From the NCBI GenBank assembly GCA_964247055.1, contig OZ176051.1, positions 9,424,001 to 9,488,000 of the forward strand: a stretch of DNA of 64,000 nt, given 5' to 3'. This stretch comes from Paragordius varius. Lineage: Eukaryota; Animalia; Nematomorpha. Under the pieces are notes generated by a model, which was given only the letters and a program-made list of their open reading frames with translations, made no database searches and was not told the origin of the DNA. Every line of letters begins with the position of its first letter. The stretch's first letter is position 1. Positions 25,187 to 37,008 of this stretch are shown here, piece by piece. The position numbers and the translations under genes are program-made.

Positions 25187-27274
25187 TGATGGTGTGTGGA
25201 GTTTATTACAAAGAAAATATTTATTTATTACCAAAATTAAACTTATGTGTGTAATATCACAATACTTCAATTATAGACTAACTATTTTGCTTGAAGGCAC
25301 AATTAACAATATTAACTCCGTGTATCACAAAGTGTTATAATTGTTTGCAATTATATAGGTGTTTTGTCCACAACAGTAGGTTCTACTTTAACATCACTCT
25401 GTCCCTGTAACTGATATCTATCTGGATGGTGTCGGATTCGTGTAGGGTCTCGCTGTTCTGTGTGAGTGTCAGTGGTAGGTGTTATGGTGGGTGTTTGGGA
25501 TGGCAATTCAATGACGGGCTCCAAGGGTTGGGGCGGTATGTTCGGAGCTGTGGTCGTGCCAGTAGGGTATCTGCACATAGGTCAAGCGATTGTGGTGTTT
25601 CTTCAGACAAAATTGTCTTTCCCTTCCTTACCTTTTTCTCAATTGATCGGCGTGTTTTTGGATGATTTTGTTACCATCTCGTATTTTAAATGGGAGTAAT
25701 CCGAGTCGTCTATTTACAATTCCTTCTCGCCAACCATTCACTAGTTTATTTTTTATATACATTTTTTCGTTTTCATGGTATTCGTGATTAGGTTGTACAT
25801 CGTCTAAGAAGTCTTATTTTAGCCATGTGATTGGATTTTAGGAAAAGTTGTGCGGGACAGGTATTTGTTGCACTGTGGATGTTAGTGCGGTATCCCCAAA
25901 GCGTGATATTTGTTTTTGATTGTGGATTACAGTCTTCTGCCGACCGTTAATGTGTTTTTAGAGTATATATCACTAGTTCCACCATTCCGCTCGTTTTTGG
26001 ATGATACGGAACTGATGTTACATGTTTAATGTTTCCCGTCATGAATTTTTTAAACTGCCCAGATGTAAAGTAAGATACATTGTCAGTTACTATCAATCCT
26101 GGAAATCCATATAGACTGAAACATTCATATAGGAAATATAAGATATTTTTGGTCGATATCATTTTCGATAGTTTAACTTCGACCATCCAATAAAATTGTC
26201 TATTTGGCCTGCTATATCTAGATTTAATCTCTCCCATATTGCTGTATTGAAGTTCCAATTGTATGTGGGATTCAGTTTTGGCATCGACCCACTTTTTTAA
26301 GTCGCTTTCCATGTTGTGCTAAACGATTATTTTGCTGTAGACCCCAGGTGGCTGACGTGTAATAAGTGTAAGATATTTATCTGCCAATATTACCCGTACA
26401 TATTTGCAATTTGATTTTGTTCTTGGTGCACTTATTCCCTGGACTGGTCGGTGGTCTGGCTTCTAATATGGTTACGATTTAAGTTAAGATTATTGACAAA
26501 CCTTACATGTTCTGTTGTTTGAAGACTTTCTGTGTCTTGTTGTTGAAGTTCTGTCGGCATGCGGGACATTGGATCTGCAATGTTTTCGTGACTTTTAATG
26601 TACCGTAGATTGTAATTTAATTCGGAAGCTTTATCTATCCAACGTAGTAGCTTGGAATGTTTATTTGGTCTATTTTACGATTATTTCCAAACAGCTTTAT
26701 TAGTGGTTTGTGATCAGTACGCAATTCAAACTTCTTCCCCGTAATAAGCGTTTTAAATTTTTCAAAGCTAAAAGTATGGCTTGTGCTTCCTTTTCTATCA
26801 ATGAATAATTTTCTTCGGGATTAGACCACTTTCTTGATGCGTATACAATGGGTTTATTAATGCCCTCCTGAGTGGTCTGTAGCAACACTGCTCCGTACCC
26901 TTTATTCGGGGTATCTGTTTCAATTATTATAGGAAACTCAGGGTTGAACGGGGTTCTTTAAAAGTATGGCATATTAAATTTTTGGCTCTGTTAAAACAGT
27001 CCTCGAGGTCTTTGGTCCATATCCAGGGTTTAACTGCCTAAGTCGTAAATTACAGAAAAACTTCCACATTTTGGAAGGAATTGTGTGTGAAAACTTACTA
27101 AGCCTAAAAAAGACTTGAGTGTTTTTTGTCATGGACTTGGGAAGTCTTGCATGGCTTTAACTTTATCGGCTGCTGGTGCGATGCCGTTGTTTGATTTAAC
27201 ATATCCTAAATAGCTTACGACCTGTTGAAAAAGTTTAAGTTTGCTTTTACTTAATTTTAAACCAGATTCTAGAC
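25187..27274 (-). mobile_element. Ty3/Gypsy LTR retrotransposon 3' half (RT end, RNase H, integrase, PPT, 3' LTR 25187-25396)
   Basis: GLKLSKSK..VSYLGY, KPIVYASR..NYSLIEKE, GFPGLIVTDN..PYHPKTSGMVE. PPT agggacagag precedes a TGATG...CATCA LTR. Confidence 0.88.
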
Positions 27275-30271
27275 CAGTAATCACCCAAAATTCTGACGGA
27301 CAAATATGAGGGCCATTAACCTTTTAATGGCAAATATTCCATAGCTTTTGTCACATATGCACATATTTATACTCTAACTCAGCCCATGTATTTTTTGCGG
27401 ATTGCATGTAAATTCAGCTAAAAACTCGTTTTGCACCATTAAAATTAAAATATATTGATAAAAGAATTTATTTTGATATTAACTAATAATTTTTGACAAA
27501 TTTGGTTTGGCCTCATGACAGGCCAATCTTAGTAGGTCGTCCATGTGATTATGGATTAAACGATTTCTGTTTGTATTGACATGCTTCATTTTTGAATACG
27601 CCGTCTCCAGGGTTGTGCATTTGACTGCTTTTTTAAAAAGTCCGGTCTGACCCGGTCAGACCATGGTCATGACCCTTTACCTAAGTAAATATCATGCGAT
27701 ATTATATTGTGAAAATAATGTTCGTACGACTCTTGAGTTTCACTAATAATGTCATGTTTTTTCTTAAAAGTTTATATTATACATTATTTTATATTTATTA
27801 CAATATTTTCAAAATTTAATTTAGAATTTGGTTTTAAAATAAATTTTGCCACATTATTGTGGCCTTACTGGATATTTAAGATTAAATTTTACCCAGTTTG
27901 TTTTACACTTTCTTTCATTAAAATATTTTATAAAATGTTTATACATTTTATTGGTTCATAAATATAGAATAAACGCATATTTTGCAAAATGCTTGATTGG
28001 TTTGTTTTCAAAATTGCTAATGTTATAAAAATGCATGTTTATATTTATTTTATATTTTCCTAAAAGGTATATTACTATCTCTCTTCTAAAAAAAAATAAG
28101 CAGCAATTTTTAAAAAAACAGCTGTTTTTTTAAATGACCATGGTCAAAAAATAAATAGTCACTGACCTGGTCATGACCCGGTCATTTGAACGGGTCATGA
28201 CTTGGTCAGCACAATCCTAGCCGTCTCACACGTGTAGGTTGAAGGAAAAACAGAACTTGAGCACATTTATATTTCATACTTACTTGGCACATCTTGCCAA
28301 AACTCTACATATCTTTCTTCTCTACAATTCTCCTTGAATATATCCTCCAAATTGGAATCATTTTTAAAATCTACGATTTCTTCAATGATATACGCCTGAT
28401 CAAAACCGAAATGCTCAAGTTGCTTAATATTGGATATATCCATATGCCATGGATTTTCAACAAGTTTTAAGCAATTTTTAGTATTTCTTAATTCATGAAA
28501 TCTGATTTAATCTCATTAGATAAAAATGTTAAATGATTATAGTATTACATTAATCTTCGCGGTAAAGTCCATATTTTCTTTATGAAGCGTTTTAAGTGTT
28601 GGAAAATATAGGAGTGTTTTAATTATAAAATCTTGTTTATATATTATTAATTTTTCTTCAAAAGCAAATATTTAATTGACAAATTGTGATATTATCTTGC
28701 TCCCTTGAAGACTTGTATTAAAAATACTAAATTTATAAGTAATGAAAATAGGCTAATAAAACCCACCATTTGTTAAATTCCTCGTCCAACTTTCTGTTAT
28801 CTTTTATAAATAATAGAATTTCATGTAACAAAAAATCTATAAAATACTTTGCTAAGGCTTAACCATCTCACAGCGGTGTACAAAAGATTATCATAAAACT
28901 TAATATGGATTTCTTTTAGAAGGTTTTTGTATTTACGGCGGTTGAATTTTCCGCCACGGATGTGGTTAACTATATCAACAACCGTTTTAATTACTGAATT
29001 GAGTGTTTCATCTTTAACACGCGAAACCAAGTTTTGCTGAATAAAGCAGTGAAAGGATAAAATATTTTGCAAATTATATTTGTTTTTCAAAAGAGAAATA
29101 ATCCTTTGTTAATTCCAATCATTGAGGGACAGCCATCTGTGCAGATAGAAACCAATTTTTTCAGATATACCATTATTATCAAAAAAAGTGTTAATTATTT
29201 CGAGAAACTCACTTCCTTTCGTAGTATTATTTATTGGTAAAAATTTTAAATATTCCTCGTTGATTATGTTGTAGTTGCAAATTTTCACGAAGAGCGCACA
29301 TTGAGGTTTTGTACTAATATCAGTGCTAGAAATAGCAATACTGAAATATTTGCAGTTTTTCAGAGCTAAAAATGTGTTGTTAAAAACATATTTAGACATA
29401 TATTCTATGCGTCGAGCACATAATAAATCAGAAAGATAAGTTTTTTAATCTGTGATTAGATCTTTATTATGGAGTTTATCAAATAAAATCCATTTATTAG
29501 ACATCTTTATATTAGTTGGGAATCAGTAAACGGTTTCATGTTTCTAAAATATAGCAAATTTCATACGAAGCTAATGTTACGGCTTTTTCCTGGGAGAAAG
29601 GTATGAACATAGTAGATATTTCTTTCTGGTATAATTCCTTAATCTTTTTATATTTTTCGTTTCTTTCTTTATGATTTAGTAATTTATGAGAATGATGGAT
29701 TGTAAAATGTCTTTCAATAATGTATTTTTTATAATTATGTTGTCCTTACATATAAGGCAGGTAATCACATTTTTATTTAAAACGACAAAGAATTTTTCTT
29801 CCCATCCATTTTTAAAGAAGCGATTTTCATCGGATAATTTACGTTTTTTATTAGATGTCATTCTTTAAATTTATGTTTTAAATTTAATTTTTTTCAAAAA
29901 AATAAATATAATTTGAATAATGCTAGATAGCAAAGAATATGCATATGTAAGTTTGGGTGAAAGGCTTGCATAAATACAAAAAAGGAATGCAATAAATTTT
30001 TCAATAGAGAAAATAAAGAATTAAGAAACAACACAAGTTAAAATTTTTAAATCATTTTGATGTAGAGAAATTTTTATACATTTCAAATTGGGTAAAAAAT
30101 AAAAAAAACAATTAAATCTAAAGATAAATTAATATTAAAATAAGCGAAAATTCGTTAATGTGTAAATTAAAAAATATCAATAAAAAAATAATTTAAGTAT
30201 CAATGTGGTCATAGGAATTTTAAAGCACTCTTAGTGCATGCGGCCCGCAGGCCGCGGTTTGAGTACAACTG
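27275..30271 (-). mobile_element. Degenerate hAT transposon (Charlie/OC1/SPIN-like, GTF2IRD2-type transposase)
   Basis: 5' end CAGTTGTACTCAAACCGCGGCCTGCGGGCCGCATGC. KKRKLSDENRFFKNGWEEKFF..CLICK zinc finger, VRWLS, and the PSTYTCETAYSKMK dimerisation domain. Left flank ttctagac; the right flank does not match it. Confidence 0.88.
27608..28219. mobile_element. hAT MITE nested in the hAT transposase
   Basis: Perfect 8-bp TSD gccgtctc (27600-27607, 28220-28227), TIRs cagggttgtgc/taggattgtgc, and subterminal TGACC(C/T)GGTCA/GGTCATGACC repeats. Confidence 0.92.
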
Positions 30272-31836
30272 AGTTACAGTCTCATGCGTGGACCTGATAT
30301 ATATTTTTTGTGCGCAAACCTCCGCATTTGAATCGAAAATACGATCCGTTTTATTTGGGTTGTGCACCTTTAGAACATATACTAATTAAATTAGCAAAAT
30401 TGATCGATAAAAAATATATATTGTTAAGATCCAACATAAAAGAAGTTTTCTTGATTTGAAATTATTTAAAAATATCGCGTTATGTTCATAAATATATATA
30501 TAATCAGATAATTTGTGAACTAAATTATAAACTTTTCCCGGTCAAATTGTAATATAATGTAGCTACGTATCGTAGGTCAATCACTATAATAAAATATCCA
30601 GATATTGTAGACATGATTGGATCAAAATTGATTAATTTTCCCATGTTTGTCATAACGCATCTGAGACATGGCAACACAGGCTACAATTATTGTGCTCACA
30701 CTAAAAATCCCCATACAATCAAAAAATTATATGCAATCGGTGATCTAATCGAAAAAAAGTATTTTTCGCTTTTACAGTAAAAATCGCATTTATACGAACA
30801 AAACGTGAAAAGATAAAGACAAACATTTTTCACAAAACTCGGGTCTATTTTTTAACTTTGATTTTTTAATGATGTTTGATAAACAATCAATAATATATTT
30901 TACAATTGTAATCAAATGATTTAATTAGGAAAAATTAGGGTTAAAAATTTAATTATCTTTTGAACAAAAAAATACTTGTCTTTATGTTTTTTCGTTTTGG
31001 TGTAAAATACTTACGCACTTACCCCTATTTCATAATTGGTCCAACAAGGATTTCATTGTAAATTAATAGTTTCCGGGAGTGAGATTTTGTTTAAGCTTCT
31101 CTATCCAGAATGCTTTTTCTGCTAAGCTAATCGTAACATTTTGAAATTTATCAGATTGAGTTAAGAGATCCATGTATTTTTCGACCACTCTGGAGGAGCA
31201 GTAGTATATTTTTCATCTATTATTTTATAATTTTATAACACCAATGATTTAAACATTCAATGGCGTTTTATCAAATTTTATAAATTCTTTATGCCATATT
31301 CATTGATATAAGTAAAAAAACAAGATCCTGCCGTATAAAAATCAAAAGGGCTAAGAGTCATATTATTATTAACAATTATGTTAATAATTTTATACAAATA
31401 CGAGACACATTGCTGGTGGCCTATACCCTAAAAAGCGCAGGTATGCATTTAAAAAAGGTTAACTTAAAACAATATCATCAAATAAAATAAACTATGAGTG
31501 TCATTAAAATGAAATACTAAATTAATTAGAAATTTTAATTAAAAAATAAGGATTAAGTCTATGAAAAGAGATATATGTGCTCCGTGCCAATGCAAATGGA
31601 ATCTTTAATTGATATAACAACCATTCATCGTAAGTAAAATAAAGCTAACTAAAATTCAACAATATACGTTATAGAGAAATAATCCAATCAAAGTGGTATG
31701 CTAACGGGATCCTTTACTCGAATTATAATAAAATATATTTTCTTGAATTGCCCATAATATAAAGTATAGCTATTTAACTTGATATAAGTAGATATGATTA
31801 ATGGCAATATATATTTAAATATAATTACTTAATATA

Positions 31837-32301
31837 GCGTTTGCACTTCAAAAGTCTTTTTTAACACTTCCAGTTGGCTCTAGAACATTTTAACACTTGC
31901 TTATATCTATAATTTTTTCATATTTTTATTATTTTTAATCTAGTATTATTACATATATCATTTTAACATTTTTAATTCTGAGAACTTTTTCATTTTAACC
32001 CTATTTTCCAATTAACAATATTTTGATTTTATTTACGTTTTGAGTAAATTTAACGGAGAAAACTTTTATATTTATTGCACTATAATATTTTTTTATTAAG
32101 TAACATTTAAAAATAAAGCAACTTTTTTTGAATGAACAAAGTTGATTTTGAAATAATATGAAATAATGGATTATATGATGAGTTGGATGTATGACTCATA
32201 GTTTGATGATAATTATAAACAAAAGAAAATGCTTAAGGACCAAATAGAAGTCTTAGAGGACCAACTTGAAGAGTTATAGAACACTCTTGAAGTACAAATA
32301 A
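31837..32301. mobile_element. Tc1/mariner-type MITE (TA-flanked) within the CHS remnant
   Basis: TIRs gcgtttgcacttcaa / cttgaagtacaaataa with caagttggtcct-type subterminal repeats. Family member at 57785-58333. Confidence 0.7.
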
Positions 32302-33989
32302 TATATATCGTTTTTATTAAAAGTTAAAAATGTAAAATCAATATATCTATAGATATATATATACATTTGGGGTTTTTCGTAAAGAGTTATTTTATGGCAC
32401 ATTGCATTGCAATATATTGTTAGTTATATAAAACAGGTTGCATTTAATATTTTCTTACACAATTTGATGGAGAAAGTCATATCGATTAATGTAGGTAAAA
32501 CTTAATTATTAATGTAAAAAGAAGCATTTTTAATAAAACATAAAGTTACCTGTCTTCAGTCAAATCCATTTCCAACACTTTTATTCTGTTCTCAGGAACT
32601 CTTCTATATGTTTGTTGAATATATGGGTCAGCTAGGATATTCCCCTTTATGTCGCAATAATCCCCTGACAAAATAGTTCCACCAAACATGTGATCGGAAT
32701 TTACCTCTAACCGATGCTTTTGTATGTATTCAAAGCGTTTATAATTGGCCCAATAACTGTTTCCGCGGCCATTAACCTATAAAAAAATTAGATTATTTTA
32801 CCCTTCCATCCATCGCCGGGTTTTTGAACCCTAATTAAAATAATAACTAGGGTATTAAGAGTTTCTGGAGGGAAACATATATCACCATGACACATTTAAT
32901 AAGATCGAATTTGACTAAAGCCTTGTCATTGGAATTTTTTCCCAAATCCAAAATGTAATCCATGTATAAAATCTAATTAAAAATGGATATTGGGGTTGGG
33001 TGTCTCATCGGGCATATAGTAACCGGTCTGATTGGCTGTAAATATGCTTAAGGGTTATAACTAGTCAAACAAATATTAAATATAAGTTACTGAACCAAAA
33101 AGCCGTTCAACCTCTTTCAATAATCCATAATCATAAATGCAAATTTTATGAAAATTTAAACTCTTACAATATTTTTACTTTAAATTTAATAAAAAGCTAT
33201 TGTTTCCTATATTGATTCACGAATGCGTCTTTTTATGGGGCTTATTTGTACTGTTTTACATTTGAAACAGAGTCAGTAATTAAAACTAATTTATATTCAC
33301 GCTTTATTCGACATAAAATATGAGTAAACATTTTAAAAATTTATATTTATAATCAGGATTTAAGCAACTATAAATCATTTTATTTATTGCGCTTTTCTTG
33401 ATCAATTAAATCAAAAATAAAATCAAGATTTTATAAATGAGAATACAAAAAAATGGTAAATACAACTCTACATATCGATATGCATAATTTTATGTTTATT
33501 CTATGATAGGGGTTTGGATTTCTAAATAATAAAATTTAAAATAATTTACTCATATAAAAGTATGAAATATAGGAAAAAACTTCATTGCAAAAACATTTGT
33601 TAAGGAATGGAAATGATTGAACCTATATATAGATTCCGCATTACCATATATGGCTTATTAAATGAAAAAAATAGTTTTCTTTAATAATTTACTTGACTCC
33701 ATCTTTTCCAAACTTTTATGTAAGATTTATTCTTAAAGTGCAAAACCAATCGTGTTTTCGATGGCAAATACCAGATTAATCGACCTCCATATGGAGTATA
33801 TTCCTTAACCTTTGGATGTTTGACATCATTTACAAGTTTTTCAATATGTTTAGTTGGTAATATATGATGACACAATAAATTTTATACACAATCAATAAAT
33901 GTTTCCGCATATTCGTTGATAATCTAAAATGTATATTCACAAAATTAGTTAAATAAATGGTTAAATTCATTAATTTCTTCGAATTCGAA

Positions 33990-34740
33990 AAAAAAGGAAT
34001 ACCGGAACCGTAGTGGTCCCTGGACGGCGTAATAATTTTAAATGAAACCGGGGTGATTGCAAGTGGGCCGGAACCGTGGTTCCCTAAGATATAAACGGTC
34101 CGGAATCGGTTTTGTACATTTGGAACCGGTTGCAATTTGGGTCCTGGATTTTCATTTGATGGTTTTCATTACATTGTCATTATAATATAAACCAAAATAT
34201 TGACAACTCCAAATCAAATAACTTATTAAAAAATTAAATAGCCAAATATAAAGGTAGATAATAAGTGTATCTTTATTAATTATTGCATCTATGGGGGAAA
34301 TCTTTATTTGATTTAAAAAAATGATTTACTAAGCAAAATTCAAAAAAATTCTCGACATGGTAATTCCATTTCGATCGTATACGAGTAAAAAATGTTTTCA
34401 TATGATTAACTTTAAAATAATATTAGGCAATATAAAATTTTGATGGAAAATTGGAAAAATGTTATTATACAATGGAGAGTAAATATTTTATACAAAAAAT
34501 TTTTATTTTTAAAAATAAAACGATATGGAAACCACTTTTTTTAACGTAGAACTGGAACCGAACTAATTTCTTGACGGTTGGAATCGAAAAAGGGCTGGTT
34601 GATTTTGAAAATAGAACCGGGGTGGTTCCTGAAATTTTAAAGCCGAACCGGGTTGGTTCCAACCTAATGGAACCGTTGCAGAAATCTCAGGAACCGGGTT
34701 CCGGTTCTGTATGGTTTCGATTCTGGTTTGAACCTCCGTA
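33990..34740. mobile_element. Degenerate DNA-transposon remnant with clustered GAACCG(G) motifs in a CHS intron
   Basis: Two clusters of gaaccgg/ggttcc motifs (about 34000-34140 and 34550-34735) flank an AT-rich core, resembling hAT subterminal repeats. TIR and TSD could not be resolved. Confidence 0.45.
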
Positions 34741-37008
34741 ATATATAATAGCCCTTATCGGTTATTTTTCAAGACATAATAATTACTTCAATATTATAAT
34801 GATCAAATGCATCATCCAAAACTAAGTAGTACTCATAAAAATTTGTTCCATTTATTTTAAGATTTTCTAGGGCTGTTCTACAAAATTAAATACTACCTTG
34901 AATCATACCTTATGATGGAATCAACGAGTTGTTTCTTCTATTTTCATGCCACATGGTTACACATACAAACACATTATAATTATTATAAAGTGGAATGCAA
35001 TGGCAATCTACAAGGCCCGAAAAATATTAAGAATCTTAGTTCGAGTGAATACTATACACTTTTGATTTGATTATGTATTTACAGCGCACCCTACGTAGTT
35101 ATCTCATGTTTTCAATTAAGAATTTGAAAGGCTTGCAAACAGGTAATACCACTTTGATGGAATAGTCTTATAAATTAAATTTATGCGCAGGTTATATTTG
35201 TATTCCTTTTCAAAGTTGTAATTGGAATATAATTAGAGGAATGTTTTAATTTAATTCCAAGGGTAAAAATATAAGCCGTATCGATCATATGAAACTTTAT
35301 ATGAAAATTTAATAGTTTTGAAACATCTCACATTCGCTTCAGGAATTTGCTTTCATTTTAAAAATGCTTTCAATTTAAACATAAATCTACCAAAAAGTAC
35401 GGCCGCGAGACCTTTAGAGCTTTAAAATAAATTTAAAAATTTGTTTGGATTTGTTTTAAATAAAACATATAATACCATTGTAACAATCAACAAAGGAATT
35501 TTATAGTGTAATACGATCTTTTAAATTTGGCCAATTATGGGATATTTAATATAATTTTATAAATTAGTCGTAAGCCGTATTTGCGTAATCACATCTAAAG
35601 CATAATTATCAGGACATTTTTGTGCTGTCTTACTGATAAATTCTTGCGACTCGCAGATGATTGTGTTCTAAACTAATTCCGAAAAAAATATGCTGCTTAT
35701 AATTTTTTTACATTTAATAACTTTCAAAAAAAAAGAAGAAAGTACTTTTGTGTTTTGGTCTGTGGTTTGCCTTGATTTTTTAAATTTAAAATTGAGTATT
35801 TTCCACAATCTCAAAACATTGCCCATTATGAAGGAATAAATGTTTAAATTTAAAAAGTTTAAAAGTTTCCACCACAAATTCCGATTAAATTTTCATAACC
35901 ATAAGGATCGTGATATTTTTGGGTTGGGATTCAGCCGTAAATTATGCAGATATAGGAATTGAGTGTTTGGTATATTTATTACAGAACTTTTGGTGATAAT
36001 CAAATATAAATATAGTTTACTGTTATTGTTTAACTAACAATTAATGGTTTGTTTATGCACATTCGCTGCTTTATTGGGTTTAACATCTATATTAATCTGC
36101 AAAAAAAAGGACTGCTAGCACAGTAAAATATTTTTTTTGATAAATTACTATTTAATATTAAAAACAATGTTTAATGTTTGTATACTAAAAACTATGCAGA
36201 GTAAATTCTGAGAGCCATCCTGTTACTGCAATAATATGGCAATTAAACAATATTTAAACATAAACAACGGATGTTTTAATTGACATATATCAAATATATC
36301 TCAAGTCTTTTCCGTTTTTTTTAGTAAAAATACGTTTTGAGAGAAAATGAGTCATTTATTTTATACAAAATATTGGCCCATATGAATGAGCCTTCTTCAT
36401 CCTGTTGAGAAGAAATTTTTGAGTCTGTTTTTTTCAGGATTAAAGTTATTACAAAAGCCGATATCTCGAGAACTTCAAAAAATATTTTTCTAGAAATGCT
36501 ACAAAGATTATAATGTTTAGTGGTTTATTTTTATTTAGGCATGAGATAGTAGTCAGATAAATAATAAGCAAGTCTTTCAACTGAATATTTAGAATATCCT
36601 TAAATATATAAACTGCATATATATTTTCTCAAAGATCTAGTATATGTCATTTAAATTTTGTCTATCCTCACTTGAAACTATTCCAAAAGGTAATATCATC
36701 AGGAATGCTATCAAGTATTTTTAATTTGGTTTATTTTAGACATATATCTCTGCCACATACTTATGAATGGGGTCATATATCTTTGTATGGTATTGTGACA
36801 TATGCAAATTTTAAATATATATTTTATATGTATGATATAGTTTTTAGTGAGATTAGCATTGTCTCTATTTTATATTTTTGTATTATGCAAATAACATTTC
36901 CATTAGTTACTTGAAATTTTATTTGTTATTTTGATATGCAAATTATGTTCAGTTAAAAATAGTATATAAAAAGTATATTACGATTTATACTTTTGTTACT
37001 TTTTACAT

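Larger units (their letters stand above)
30630..35520 (-). pseudogene. CHS: Decayed, divergent animal-type chitin synthase
   Basis: Ordered exons: VFVCVTMWHE (35007-34909), FYEYYLVLDDAF (34877-34787), TPYGGRLIWYLP..KRWSQ (33923-33693), ILYMDYIL..HGDICF (32972-32802), YKRFEY..DHMFG..DLTEDR (32776-32550), then LAEKAFWIEKLKQNLTP and LLDQL*NR near 31030-31190. Splice phases are consistent; stops and frameshifts are present. Outer limits are approximate. Confidence 0.85.

Noticed and set aside
31800-31900. Apparent CHS exon RYKQVLKCSRANWK
   Set aside because: It lies within the TIR of the 31837-32301 MITE, which has a sibling at 57785, so the match is coincidental.
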